A stretch of 64,000 bases of DNA. Source: an uncultured cyanobacterium (GTDB taxonomy: Bacteria > Cyanobacteriota > Cyanobacteriia > Cyanobacteriales > Nostocaceae). A program made the translations under genes and the position numbers. The notes under the pieces are model-generated. The model ran no database searches, was not told the origin of the DNA, and was given only the letters and a program-made list of their open reading frames with translations. Shown here in pieces: positions 50,928 to 61,761 of this stretch (position 1 is the stretch's first letter; every line of letters starts with the position of its first letter). The DNA is taken from positions 384,001-448,000 of the forward strand of contig CAVUDP010000004.1 in the NCBI GenBank assembly GCA_963740315.1, read 5' to 3'.

Positions 50928-53165
50928 TTAGGCATAAACTTGTTGCGATTTACTCGCTTCATTAGCGATAATTCCTACCAAATTTAAGTTATTTAAAATC
51001 TCGGTAGCTTGAATTAGTTCGCCTTGCTTGATTATACCCATGCGTCCCACCATAATAATACCGTTACATAAGGAAGCTAAAATCCTCGCGTCTACGGTAT
51101 CTAAAATCGAAGAAGCATCTATCAACACTAAATCGTAGTTGCGCGTAAATATATCTAAAAGCTCTTTCATTCGCCGGGAGGTAAGTAATTGTACGGTATC
51201 ATCTGGTATTGGTCCGGCAGTTAAAACATCGATCGCAGGATGAACGGGTTGCACGTAATCGTCTACTTTACTATTTTTTTCTTCTAACAATAGTAAGGAA
51301 AGTCCCCAATCATTAGAAAGTTCTAAAATCGAGTGCAGGCTGGGGCTACGCAGGTTGGCATCAATCACTAAAACTCGTTGATGCATTCTTGCAGCGCTTA
51401 CCGCCAATCCCAATGTTGAGGTTGTTTTCCCTTCACCGCTCTTAGCTGAAGTGATCATCAAAGTTTGGCAGTGTAAGGGATACTTCAATATTTGAATGTT
51501 TTGGTAAGCCATGTCTAGCATTTCGTGGGAAGTTAAGGCAATAGCTTCTGGAAAAGAATATGGGTTTTGCAATACCTTCTGCGTGGATGAGCGCCTTCTC
51601 CCAAATGGCAAACTTAAAATTTTCCTGCTTCGAGGTTGCGGAAGTTTGGGTACTTTACCAAGCAATCGCAGGTTGGTGAATTTGGTTAATTCTTGGGGAT
51701 TATAGATTGTGTCGTTGAATAGTTCAAAAATCAAAGCTAATGCGATACCCAAAATTGTACCTGCGACTCCACCTGCTAACAAAATTAACTTTCTAGAGTT
51801 ACCAATTTTAGTTCCTAATTCTGGTTGTTCGAGTATTTGCCAATCAAATCCCCCTTGAGCAATTTTAAGTGCTAAAGATTGACGCGCTTCCATTAGTTGT
51901 TCGAGGGTTTTGCGGTTGGTTTCTACTTCTGGTAATAAACGGTTATATTGGGCAATTATTGCCGGATAATTATTTAATTCCAAACGCAGTTGTCTTTCGG
52001 ATTCCATCAAACTTTGTTGATTTGCCCGCAAACCCAAGGCTTCTGTCTGCAATTTAACTAAATCTTCGACTAATCTTAAATCGACTCCCGCAAGTTGCCC
52101 TTTTGTTAATAGCGGCTGTGTTGTTGAAGTCCGATTTGCTTTATCTCCCAAACTTCTTCCCGCTTCTTGTCGCAACAAAGCCAATTGACTCTGGCGCTGT
52201 TCTAACAGTTGTTTTACCGTGGGAGAATTATCTGTAAACCGCTGTCTTTCTTCTGCCAAAGCCAGCTCTGTTTTTTGAATCTCATCTAGCAAGGATTGAT
52301 AGCGAGTTGACTGACTTAGACGAGAAGATACTAAAGCATTTTTCGGGGAAGCAGATATTTGTCGCTGCAAATTATTGTAACGAGCTTGCGTATCTTGCAA
52401 CTGAGCGGTGGTAGTATCAAGTTCTTTTTTGATTGTGGCAATAGATTCTAAAAGAGTTGCACTTTGAGCTTGCGGGTCAACTATATTGTATTTTGTGCGA
52501 AACTTCTCTAAATTTGTTTCAGCTTTAATTACCTGTTGTCTAATTAAGGGAAGTCTTTCGTTGACGAAAGCTAACCCTTTGGATAAGCGGTTTTTTTGCT
52601 GTTCCTTATTAAAATCTTGATAAACTATTTGTAACGCTTCGAGAATTTTCTGGGCTTTAACAGGGTTTTTGTCTTTGAAAGATACTTCAAATACTTCGGA
52701 AGGAATTTTATTAACTCCCGTTCCCGACTGTACCTGAATCACTGTTAAAGGTGATTTTTGTCCTTTCTCACCTTTGATATCTTTTACCGTTATCTCTGGG
52801 TACAGCGGACGAAGCAATTTCACCGCTCTTTCAATTAATTTTTTACTCCGCATCAACTGTAATTGAGCCGTATAATCTACGACTTCAACATTGGAATCTG
52901 TAAAGTCATTATTTAAACCATTTTGATTATTAAAAGTCTTTTGCCCTTGATAAAGATTAGAACTAACTAATATTTGCATCGAGCTTTCACGCATCGGTTT
53001 TATGACTACAGATAGAACGGTAGCAACCGACATTACTATACTTGCAACACCCAAAATTAGCCAGCGTCGGCGATATATTATGGTAGATAGCTGTCTAATA
53101 TTAACAGCTTCTTGTGGGGAGGCAATTACCATTTGCCCATTATCCAGACCAGTGTCAACCACCAC
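50928..53165 (-). CDS. Wzc/GumC-family polysaccharide co-polymerase with BY-kinase-like domain
   Basis: Two TMs flanking coiled coil; ITSAKSGEGKT, VIDANLR, YDLVLID. Confidence 0.9.
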   Translation of the reverse strand: MVVDTGLDNGQMVIASPQEAVNIRQLSTIIYRRRWLILGVASIVMSVATVLSVVIKPMRESSMQILVSSNLYQGQKTFNNQNGLNNDFTDSNVEVVDYTAQLQLMRSKKLIERAVKLLRPLYPEITVKDIKGEKGQKSPLTVIQVQSGTGVNKIPSEVFEVSFKDKNPVKAQKILEALQIVYQDFNKEQQKNRLSKGLAFVNERLPLIRQQVIKAETNLEKFRTKYNIVDPQAQSATLLESIATIKKELDTTTAQLQDTQARYNNLQRQISASPKNALVSSRLSQSTRYQSLLDEIQKTELALAEERQRFTDNSPTVKQLLEQRQSQLALLRQEAGRSLGDKANRTSTTQPLLTKGQLAGVDLRLVEDLVKLQTEALGLRANQQSLMESERQLRLELNNYPAIIAQYNRLLPEVETNRKTLEQLMEARQSLALKIAQGGFDWQILEQPELGTKIGNSRKLILLAGGVAGTILGIALALIFELFNDTIYNPQELTKFTNLRLLGKVPKLPQPRSRKILSLPFGRRRSSTQKVLQNPYSFPEAIALTSHEMLDMAYQNIQILKYPLHCQTLMITSAKSGEGKTTSTLGLAVSAARMHQRVLVIDANLRSPSLHSILELSNDWGLSLLLLEEKNSKVDDYVQPVHPAIDVLTAGPIPDDTVQLLTSRRMKELLDIFTRNYDLVLIDASSILDTVDARILASLCNGIIMVGRMGIIKQGELIQATEILNNLNLVGIIANEASKSQQVYA

Positions 53166-53439
53166 AAAAGTCCTCTCAAATTAATATATTATTTAATGTG
53201 AAATATGAAACGCCGTCCCGATGCTTGACACCCCGATCGCTTCTTAGAAAAAGCAATTTAAATATGTTTTAGATGAATAACTTATCATATAATTGTCCCT
53301 AAAATTCATAATTATCTTTATCAAGATTAAATTCTCGGAATTTCAATGATTTATGTGTATTAAATGTTTCTATGAAATTTGTCTCTAAATGTAATTTTAT
53401 TAACTTTGTACTTAACTAAAATCCGGTATAAGAAAGTAT

Positions 53440-54504
53440 TTAGCTACAAGACGATCTAACATTATTTACAAGTTTGTTTAAGAAATCTAAGTGTCCCCGA
53501 CTATTTTTTGTTAGTTTATCTATTATAGTAAAATTAAATTTATTTTTCGCTTGCAAAATATTTTCGGGATTAGATAAAAACGCAGCCACTTTAAATCGTT
53601 TATCGTCTGGTGCCCAAACCGCGAAATCGGCATCAATACTGCTTAGAAAGGCTTTTGCTTTACCAGAACCCCCCAAGCTGTAAAACGGTACGCCTAGTGC
53701 AAGTGCAGTTAATCCTAAATGCAGTTTGTATGAAATAACTAAGTCAAGTGAAGCAAGAAATTCAAGAGTTGACTTCGGGTCTGCATACAGATGATATTTG
53801 ATATTGTTCGATTGTTGTTTTGGTTGCAACTCGCTATTTATTGATGAGGATGGTAAATAAGTTTTAATAAAATGGAAAACAATATCTCTTCTGATAGATG
53901 CGATAATCCTAAGTTGAAATGCCAGCCATTTACACTGTAAAGTGTTAGGAATATTTATACCAACATGAATCGGATATTTTTGAAGATTTTCACTGGTATT
54001 TCGATCGCTAATTTGCCAAAATTCAGCTACCGATAGCAATACATCGGGATAATAAAAAACCTCTTTACCAAACTTATTAATTAGCTCCCGATCTGATTCC
54101 AATCTGACGCTACAAGATTGACACATATCTCCTTGAAAAAAATTTTGCCTCCAGTATGAAAGCGAAGCATTTTTTCCCAAACCTTCTCCACCGATAGAGA
54201 TTGGATATACGGGACATTTTTTTTGGGTACTGACTTGGTGTAACTGGCGAAAATCATCTTCAAAAGGTGCGGAAAAGTTTTCTACCAGAAATCCGCCGCC
54301 ACCGATAATACAAAATGCTGCATTATTAAGAAGTTCATCTAAAGAATCGGTAGTCAGAAGTTGATAGCGTTTTGCTAACTGTTTATCCAAGCGGTAGACA
54401 ACAGGCTGAACGTTTAAACTTTTGAGATATTCAGCAAATTGAACTGCCATTATATCATCGCCATAGTTACCATAATTATACGAACCCCAAATTGCAACTT
54501 TCAT
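53440..54504 (-). CDS. Polysaccharide pyruvyl transferase family
   Basis: GSYNYGNYGDD, IIGGGG, SVR, KLH. Confidence 0.8.
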   Translation of the reverse strand: MKVAIWGSYNYGNYGDDIMAVQFAEYLKSLNVQPVVYRLDKQLAKRYQLLTTDSLDELLNNAAFCIIGGGGFLVENFSAPFEDDFRQLHQVSTQKKCPVYPISIGGEGLGKNASLSYWRQNFFQGDMCQSCSVRLESDRELINKFGKEVFYYPDVLLSVAEFWQISDRNTSENLQKYPIHVGINIPNTLQCKWLAFQLRIIASIRRDIVFHFIKTYLPSSSINSELQPKQQSNNIKYHLYADPKSTLEFLASLDLVISYKLHLGLTALALGVPFYSLGGSGKAKAFLSSIDADFAVWAPDDKRFKVAAFLSNPENILQAKNKFNFTIIDKLTKNSRGHLDFLNKLVNNVRSSCS

Positions 54505-54578
54505 TTTTTTACGTTTGCTAAAATTCAGATAATTTATGGTTAAAAAAAAGCCCAGACTGTTTAAAAGTTTACCAGAGA

Positions 54579-56444
54579 TTAATCTTCATTTATCAAGTTT
54601 TCCTGACTAAACTGATGCTGTGTTTGATGATATTTCCAAAGCTTACCTCTACGGTTTAGCAATTCCTGATAACCTCCTTGTTCGACAATGCGCCCGGATT
54701 CAAGCACTATAACTTTGTCAGCTTTAAAGATAGTAGAAAGTCGGTGAGCAATTGCGATCGCAGTTCTTCCGTAAGCCAATTTTTCTAAAGATTTCTGTAC
54801 TAAACCCTCGCTAACGGAATCGAGAGCGCTGGTTGCTTCATCTAAAATCAAAATGTCTGGATTGCGTAACATTGCTCTGGCGATCGCAATTCTCTGTCTT
54901 TGCCCCCCAGACAAACGTATTCCTCTATCTCCAAGTTTTGTGTCGAAGCCTTCGGGCAATTCTAAAATAAATTCATAGGCATTTGCGCCTTTAGCTGCTT
55001 CTACAATCGCTTCATCGGTTATATTTTCTAAACCGTAGGCAATATTGTCCCGTACCGAGGTATTAAATATAAAAGTATCTTGACTTACTACCGCCATATT
55101 GCTGCGTAAAGAGCCAAGGCTGTATTGGCAGCTATCAACTTTGTCAAACAGTATTTTCCCTGACGTAGGATCGTAAAAACGCACCAGTAAATCCGCTAAA
55201 GTTGTTTTACCAGAACCACTAGCGCCTACCAAGGCTACCATTTGACCGCATTCGATGGTTAAATTAATATCGTGCAATACTAATTTGCCACTGTCGTAAG
55301 CAAAATCAACATTTACAAATTCTATAACTTGCTTTAAACCTGGAAACTGTTTTTCGCCATTGGGTAAATAAATTTTATTATCAGTTCTTAAAAGTTCTTC
55401 AACAGCTCCTAACGCTCCAGAATTCATCGCAATCAAACCCCAGGAGCTATTCATATGAGCAATAATCGGTAGCAAGCGGAATAAAGCAAACAAAAAAGCG
55501 AGTAAAGAAACCACGTGAAGACTTCCACTCGATATCAGCGTTGAAACCGCTACCAAAATCATTGTAACTAAAATTGTGGTAGCCACCGCTTCAATTAACG
55601 GTTGCAAAAGCCCGCTAATAGTACTAGCTTTTAACCAAGCACTAGCAAACTTTTGAGCTACTTTATTAAAACGCTTGCGTTCAAACTCTTGAGTCCAAAA
55701 TGCTTGTACGGTGCGAATACCTGCCACAAATTCCGTAGTTTTTGCTGCTAATTCTCCACCAGTTGATGTCATTTCAAAGCTAGCTTGACGCACTCTGCGA
55801 ATCCAATTTGATGTCGCTGCTGCGAGTAAACTAAAAAGAAGTACTGTTACCAAAGTTAGTTGCCAAGAAATAACAAACATGGCACAGGTATAAGCTAAAA
55901 TCACGCAGCTTTTAGTTACAAAATTAATCAGTTCGTTAAAGGCAAAACTAAGATGACTAACTTCAGCAGAAAAAATATTAATTAATTCTCCCGAACGTTT
56001 TTGAGTGTAGTATGAAAGACTAAAGGTTTCAAACTGCTGAAATATTCGTTTGCGGAGAGTGTCTACCAATCCAATTTCGCATAATTTAGCGCAATAACGC
56101 CCCAAATAGCTAAAAACAGCCCTAACCCATACGGTAAATAATATTAATCCAGATATACGCCAAACACGTTCTTGGGCACCAGTTTTAGTTCCTAAAAACC
56201 AAATATCAATCCATTCAACACCAGTTTCTAACGGCGGTTGACTGGGATTAGTTAAACCTTGTAGCAAAGAGGCTATTAAACCAATTCCAACTGCTTCGAG
56301 TACTGCTGCGACGATTGTAAAAAAAACAGCTATTATCGCAGTACGATAAAACGGTTTAAATGCCCGTACAATTAGATAGTTTTCTTGCCAAAAACTGTTA
56401 GAAATTAATATTTTGCGGATAAAAAAGGGTAGCTTAACTTGCAT
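54579..56444 (-). CDS. HepA-like ABC exporter (permease plus ATPase)
   Basis: FWQENYLI N-terminus typical of HepA family; GASGSGKT, LSGGQRQR, ILDEATS. Confidence 0.88.
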   Translation of the reverse strand: MQVKLPFFIRKILISNSFWQENYLIVRAFKPFYRTAIIAVFFTIVAAVLEAVGIGLIASLLQGLTNPSQPPLETGVEWIDIWFLGTKTGAQERVWRISGLILFTVWVRAVFSYLGRYCAKLCEIGLVDTLRKRIFQQFETFSLSYYTQKRSGELINIFSAEVSHLSFAFNELINFVTKSCVILAYTCAMFVISWQLTLVTVLLFSLLAAATSNWIRRVRQASFEMTSTGGELAAKTTEFVAGIRTVQAFWTQEFERKRFNKVAQKFASAWLKASTISGLLQPLIEAVATTILVTMILVAVSTLISSGSLHVVSLLAFLFALFRLLPIIAHMNSSWGLIAMNSGALGAVEELLRTDNKIYLPNGEKQFPGLKQVIEFVNVDFAYDSGKLVLHDINLTIECGQMVALVGASGSGKTTLADLLVRFYDPTSGKILFDKVDSCQYSLGSLRSNMAVVSQDTFIFNTSVRDNIAYGLENITDEAIVEAAKGANAYEFILELPEGFDTKLGDRGIRLSGGQRQRIAIARAMLRNPDILILDEATSALDSVSEGLVQKSLEKLAYGRTAIAIAHRLSTIFKADKVIVLESGRIVEQGGYQELLNRRGKLWKYHQTQHQFSQENLINED

Positions 56445-56588
56445 AGATATTTAATTTTAGTTAATTAGTTCTTATGGAACTATAGGAATTCGGTTTGATA
56501 AATTTTGATAAATAAAACTACTAGTTGAAATAGGGAATACAAAATAGACTATGTTTTTTTATTCTACCGAGGAATGCTTATGAAAATT

Positions 56589-57509
56589 CTACGATCGCTG
56601 TAATTTATTAAATGCAGGTAACACAAAAGTACGCCAATAATTTTGTGCTTTTGACTGAGCTTCTAACATCACAATAATTAACTGCCAAGATTTGCAATAA
56701 GGTTTATATTTAGCAAAAAATTTTAAACCAGAAATCATATGTATTAGCGTTAGACGATTCAACTTTGAACGAGTACTCGAACGTTGATACAAGTGTAGTG
56801 CATATACGGAGGGTTGAAACAAAACTCTGTAACCATTTTGCCAAGCATCTACACACAAACTTACATCCTCGAAATACAAGAAAAAGCGTTCATCAAACAA
56901 ACCGTAACGCTCGACATATTTCCCCGATATCATCATGAAAGCGCCAATAGCCCAGTTAATTTCCACAACTTTTTTAGGAGGAGGCATACAGGCATAATAA
57001 TAATCGAAAGGAAATAGTAAATTTTGTAGCTTTTCACCTAATAAATACTTACATAGCAAAAAATTAAATCTAGGAAATCTGCGAATTGAAGGTTGAACCG
57101 ATTTATCAAGGTAAAGTAACTTAGGACAAACAATTGCGATATCGGGTTCAGAATTTAAAGTTGCTTCCAGATCGGAAATTACACTTGGTTTAAATGTTAC
57201 ATCAGGATTCACTAAAACATAAACTTTACTTTGTAAAGTAGCAACAGCCCTATTATTCGCAACACCAAAACCTAAATTGCGCTCTCCTTTTTTACCTATA
57301 AATATTTGTGGATATCTTCGAGAAAAATCATCCAGAATTTGCGGACATTTATCCGAAGACGCATTATCATACACAATAACTTTGCCTCTTCCTGCGTAAT
57401 TTACCTCAACTGCTTGTATACATGATTCAATCGCACCTCTTAAAGTTCTGGCTGAATTATAAGAAACAATTACAAAAGCTATATCACTTTTTGCTGTCAT
57501 AGTAAACAC
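56589..57509 (-). CDS. Glycosyltransferase family 2 (rhamnosyltransferase-like)
   Basis: IVSYN, DNASSD, NLGFG.ANN, NPD, FDERFFLYFED. Confidence 0.9.
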   Translation of the reverse strand: MFTMTAKSDIAFVIVSYNSARTLRGAIESCIQAVEVNYAGRGKVIVYDNASSDKCPQILDDFSRRYPQIFIGKKGERNLGFGVANNRAVATLQSKVYVLVNPDVTFKPSVISDLEATLNSEPDIAIVCPKLLYLDKSVQPSIRRFPRFNFLLCKYLLGEKLQNLLFPFDYYYACMPPPKKVVEINWAIGAFMMISGKYVERYGLFDERFFLYFEDVSLCVDAWQNGYRVLFQPSVYALHLYQRSSTRSKLNRLTLIHMISGLKFFAKYKPYCKSWQLIIVMLEAQSKAQNYWRTFVLPAFNKLQRS

Positions 57510-58330
57510 ACCCGTATCTGCATCAAGGTGATGCGGTTAATAATCAAACACTTAATAATTTGTGCTTTTTATAACTAAATCAACTTAATAACTCCTATGC
57601 AAAACTATCTAATTACAAATTATAAGTAGAGTAAAAATTTTAACGCATTTTGGAGATTTTTCATTTTTGTTTTTCTGCAAAGTAAAATAGTTTAGGATTA
57701 GATTACAATGCAATTTGTGTATATATAGCATCCACCAAAAGTTGTAGATTTATTGATAAATCTTTTGCAATAGTTATTACTATAACTAGGTTTACAACAT
57801 AGCCAATCGTGCTGTAACAATATCAATGCTTAAGTTATTTAAATTATTTTTATGTCAAAAGTTGATTACAAGACTTGTTTGACACATTTCAAATACTAAT
57901 AAGAATTAATGTCAATTGATGCAATAAGAATTCTTGGCATTATTTATAGGTAAAGTTTTAGTAAATATGGGAAATTTTACTATTGAATAGTAATCTATGA
58001 AAATTTATACCGCTACTTGTAGCGATCTGATAATTAATTCTGTTTAATAACAACTCGAACTGTGATGCTAGCTTGAAGAGGCTTATCAAGCAAAAAGCAA
58101 GTATTTATTTTAAAGGGGCGATCGCTTCAAATTAATAACCTCCAAGTGCTGTATTTGTGCGTGGAAACCCAAGAGCAAGCATAATTGCTTAAATTCTGTA
58201 GAATCGCTTTTTAAAAAAAAATATTTCAAAAAAATGTATTTTATATAACTATTTTGCATCAGTAAATACTTGGCGAACGGCGTAATTAATTCTTAAAAAG
58301 TTTAAAGTTTCTGTAAAGACTACCCAGGTT

Positions 58331-58336
58331 TCCGGA
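58331..58336. promoter_or_regulatory. TCCGGA, possible DIF1 heterocyst-promoter motif
   Basis: Hexamer in long divergent intergenic region next to hep-like genes; could be chance. Confidence 0.25.
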
Positions 58337-58684
58337 TAGCAAGTTGACTTGGTTAAGTAAATAAACTTATCATTAGACTAAGATTTCATGAAAATGAGAT
58401 AAATTTGTAGTAGAAATACTTAAGTCGTCAAGAGCCGTTTATGAAGTTTTGGTAAATTGCCAGAATTACTAAATCAGTTAGATATTTTTCTAATTAGATA
58501 CATGGGTAAAGTTGATTTTGCATATGAAGTGCAAAGGAGGTTTAATATGTTTTGCTCTCATGGATTAGATTAAGTACAGAACTATAATCCGATTTAGATA
58601 CCGGATAAAGAATCTCTACACCTACGAATCGCGTAATATCACTATTCCCTATTATCTGTTAACAAACGTTACTGATTCTTAGCT

Positions 58685-59434
58685 ATGTTTGAAAAGCAAA
58701 GGACAACATCAGTAAATTTAGCATCATATCCATACTCAGAATCTGCAAATTCTTGGAAAGATCGCGAGATTAATTATTGTAATAATAATTTTGGTTATAA
58801 AATCAAGCTTAAAAACGAAAAACTTTTAGTTAAACAAACTTGCAAACCTTCGCAAATGCATTTGCTTTCTAATAGAAGCGAAGAATTTTTAGCTGACTGG
58901 CTAAGATTTTCTCCTGCAACAATAGTACAGATAGATTCGCGCATTGAATTAGCGAGGCTTGATATGTGGGCTAATCAATGCAGAAGAAGCAAAAAAGCAT
59001 TATTTTTATGTTTGTCTCAAAAAGGGAAATTATATAATCAGTCGAATAACAACTTTAACTCGTTTATAAGGAGATGCTTAGATTTTTTGGGAGCATTTAT
59101 TTTATTAATTATCCTGGCTCCAGTATTTATGGCGTTAGCTTTATTAATTTACGTTCATTTTAAGGAACCGATATTGCAAAAAAAGTGGTGCGTAGGTAAA
59201 CAAGGAAAATTATTTAGTATCTACCAGTTTGGTGGGAATTTAGCAAAAATTAGTTTGGATAGTTTAAATAAATTACCGCAGTTGTTTAATATTATCAAAG
59301 GTGATATGAGTTTTGTCGGCAGGTTTCCTTGGAGTTTAGCCGAAGTTAAAACAATTAGTTTATCCGAGCAACGTTATCTGAATCGATTGCCCGGTATTAC
59401 CGCCAGCATGGGGATTAATGATGAAAGTGATTGA
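58685..59434 (+). CDS. HepC-like sugar transferase, degenerate motifs
   Basis: RRCLDFLGA, VGKQGKLF, LPQLFNIIKGDMSFVG, LPGIT; HepC-type N-terminus. Confidence 0.75.
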   Translation: MFEKQRTTSVNLASYPYSESANSWKDREINYCNNNFGYKIKLKNEKLLVKQTCKPSQMHLLSNRSEEFLADWLRFSPATIVQIDSRIELARLDMWANQCRRSKKALFLCLSQKGKLYNQSNNNFNSFIRRCLDFLGAFILLIILAPVFMALALLIYVHFKEPILQKKWCVGKQGKLFSIYQFGGNLAKISLDSLNKLPQLFNIIKGDMSFVGRFPWSLAEVKTISLSEQRYLNRLPGITASMGINDESD

Positions 59435-60194
59435 TGCAGCCGCACTTGCAATTCAAAACTTAGGATCTCATCAAGTTGGAAAATGCAATATATGTGGTAA
59501 ATCGACTATTTTCGTCTGCATTGATGTCAAAACAGTTAGGAATAATATGTACTGTCCTTTTTGTAAAAGTTCATCGCGAAAAAGACACGTAGCAAAATTA
59601 TTAATTGATATTATTCCCAACGTCTCTAATTTAGCTGAGATTCCATCAAATAAGCATTTAGAGAATAAATTCAATATTTACAACGCCGATTTAAATGATG
59701 CGTTTTACAAAGTTTTATATGAATACAAATCCTATTACTGTTCTAGTTATATACCAAACGTTGAACCAGGAACAGAAACTCGATCGAGAGTATTTTGTCA
59801 AGATTTAGAAAAGTTAACTTTTGCCGATGAAAATTTTGATGTAGTAATTACTGAAGATGTATTTGAACATATCAGAAACTATGATTTGGCTTTTGAGCAG
59901 GTATATCGCGTCTTAAAAAAAGGTGGATATCATATTTTTACCGTTCCCTGCTTTTTCGATAAGCCTACCTTAATCCGCGTTGACACCAATGGAGAAGAAG
60001 ATATTCATCTGTTGCCGCCAGAATATCATGGAGACAGAATTCGCGGTAAAATCTTAGCTTATAGAACATTCGGAATCGATATTTTTAAAACTTTAGAAAA
60101 AATTGGCTTTGAAACTACGGTAGATTTTTCTAACTATGTAGATAGACGCTACGGAATATTTGACAGTTATGCTTTTCGTTCTCAAAAAGTTTAA
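59418..60194 (+). CDS. Class I SAM methyltransferase-like protein with N-terminal Cys pairs
   Basis: CNICG, CPFC, QDLEKLTF..FDVVI..DVFEH, RVLKKGG. Confidence 0.8.
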   Translation: MMKVIDAAALAIQNLGSHQVGKCNICGKSTIFVCIDVKTVRNNMYCPFCKSSSRKRHVAKLLIDIIPNVSNLAEIPSNKHLENKFNIYNADLNDAFYKVLYEYKSYYCSSYIPNVEPGTETRSRVFCQDLEKLTFADENFDVVITEDVFEHIRNYDLAFEQVYRVLKKGGYHIFTVPCFFDKPTLIRVDTNGEEDIHLLPPEYHGDRIRGKILAYRTFGIDIFKTLEKIGFETTVDFSNYVDRRYGIFDSYAFRSQKV

Positions 60195-60210
60195 ATAAGA
60201 GAAGATGATG

Positions 60211-60456
60211 AGAGGGGGGAGATGGGGTTCGGGGGAGTACTTCGACAAGCTCAGTAACCTTTGGGGAGATGGGGAGATGGGGTTCGGGGGAGTACTTCGA
60301 CAAGCTCAGTAACCTTTGGGGAGATGGGGTTCGGGGGAGTACTTCGACAAGCTCAGTAACCTTTGGGGAGATGGGGAGATGGGGGTTGGGGGAGATGGGG
60401 AGATGGGGAGATAATTTCTTAACTCATAACAACTAACAACTAACAACTAACAACTA
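60211..60456 (+). repeat. Composite repeat: 3 cttcgacaagctcag units, G-rich tract, TAACAAC tract
   Basis: Same core as arrays at 47572 and 49115. Confidence 0.92.
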
Positions 60457-60463
60457 ATTAAGA

Positions 60464-61717
60464 ATGAATCCTTTAATCCTAAGTACTTTTGATATGAGTG
60501 GTGGAGCGGCTCGCGCAGCATTTCGTCTGCATAACGGATTAAAGGATATAAACGTTGATTCGCGAATGCTAGTTGAATACAAAACTAGTGATGATAATAC
60601 TATTATTGGAGCTACAAATAAATTGGAAAAGTGGCTCAATCAAATGCGTCCCACTTTAGATAATTTACCATTGAAATTTTATCAAAAACATGATTATGGA
60701 ACCTTTTCTCCACAATGGTTTCCAGATTTCATTGATTCTAAAATCAAGCATCTGTCTCCAGACATAATTAATATTCACTGGGCTTGCGGTTATCTTAAAA
60801 TTGAAAGCATTGCCAAATTTACCCAACCAAAAATTTGGACTCTACACGATATGTCGGCATTTACGGGAGGTTGCCAATATAGTTTAGAGTGCGATCGCTA
60901 TACTAAATCTTGTGGTGCTTGCATTCAACTTCACTCCCAAAACGAACTTGATTTATCGCGCTGGGTATGGAAACGTAAAGCTAAAGCATGGCAAAATCTC
61001 GATTTAACAATAGTTACTCCCAGCCATTGGTTAGCCAAGGTTGCGCGACAAAGTTCTCTATTCAAAAATTATCCCATCAAAGTAATTCCTAACGGTATTG
61101 ACATCCAAAAATATAAACCAATTGACAAAAAGATTGCTAGAAAATTATTGAATCTTCCCCTTGATAAACAGTTAGTTTTATCCGGTGCTGCTAAAAGTAG
61201 TTCCAAAAGAAAAGGAATTCATTTATTAGAAAAAGCGCTACAAAACTTAAGCAAAGAAGGCTACAAAAATAAGGTAGAATTAGTTTTTTTCGGTTCTTTA
61301 CAAGTGGAAGAACAAAACAACGCCGATTTTAACTGTCATTACATCGGGAATCTTCATGATGATATATCTTTAGCATTAGTTTATGCCGCAGCAGATGTTT
61401 TTGTTGCTGCTTCAATTCAAGATAATTTACCTAATACCGTTATGGAAGCTTTAGCTTGCGGTACTCCATGCGTCGCCTTTAACATTGGAGGAATGCCCGA
61501 TATGATCGAACATCAAGTTAACGGTTACTTAGCTCAAGCTTACGATGTCGAAAGTTTAGCTCAAGGTATTGCTTGGATATTATCAAACGATGACTCACAA
61601 AAAATTTGCGATCGCGCACGTATTAAAATAGAACAAGAATTTAATATTGAATTACAAGCAATTAGGTACTCTGAACTATTTAATGAAGTAATTAATCGGC
61701 ATCTTGCTACTAAATAA
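60464..61717 (+). CDS. Glycosyltransferase family 4 (WcaC-like)
   Basis: GGAARAA.RLH, WTLHDM..FTGGC, DNLPNTVMEALACGTP. Confidence 0.92.
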   Translation: MNPLILSTFDMSGGAARAAFRLHNGLKDINVDSRMLVEYKTSDDNTIIGATNKLEKWLNQMRPTLDNLPLKFYQKHDYGTFSPQWFPDFIDSKIKHLSPDIINIHWACGYLKIESIAKFTQPKIWTLHDMSAFTGGCQYSLECDRYTKSCGACIQLHSQNELDLSRWVWKRKAKAWQNLDLTIVTPSHWLAKVARQSSLFKNYPIKVIPNGIDIQKYKPIDKKIARKLLNLPLDKQLVLSGAAKSSSKRKGIHLLEKALQNLSKEGYKNKVELVFFGSLQVEEQNNADFNCHYIGNLHDDISLALVYAAADVFVAASIQDNLPNTVMEALACGTPCVAFNIGGMPDMIEHQVNGYLAQAYDVESLAQGIAWILSNDDSQKICDRARIKIEQEFNIELQAIRYSELFNEVINRHLATK

Positions 61718-61761
61718 AATCATTTTTTTCTCTTCACTATACTTAAACGTGGGATGATACG

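Noticed and set aside
58407..58419. NtcA site (similar case near 3696)
   Set aside because: Spacing is GTA-N7-TAC, not N8.
1133..60639. Remaining 60-118 aa ORFs overlapping longer genes
   Set aside because: Antisense or alternative-frame shadows with no recognisable motifs.
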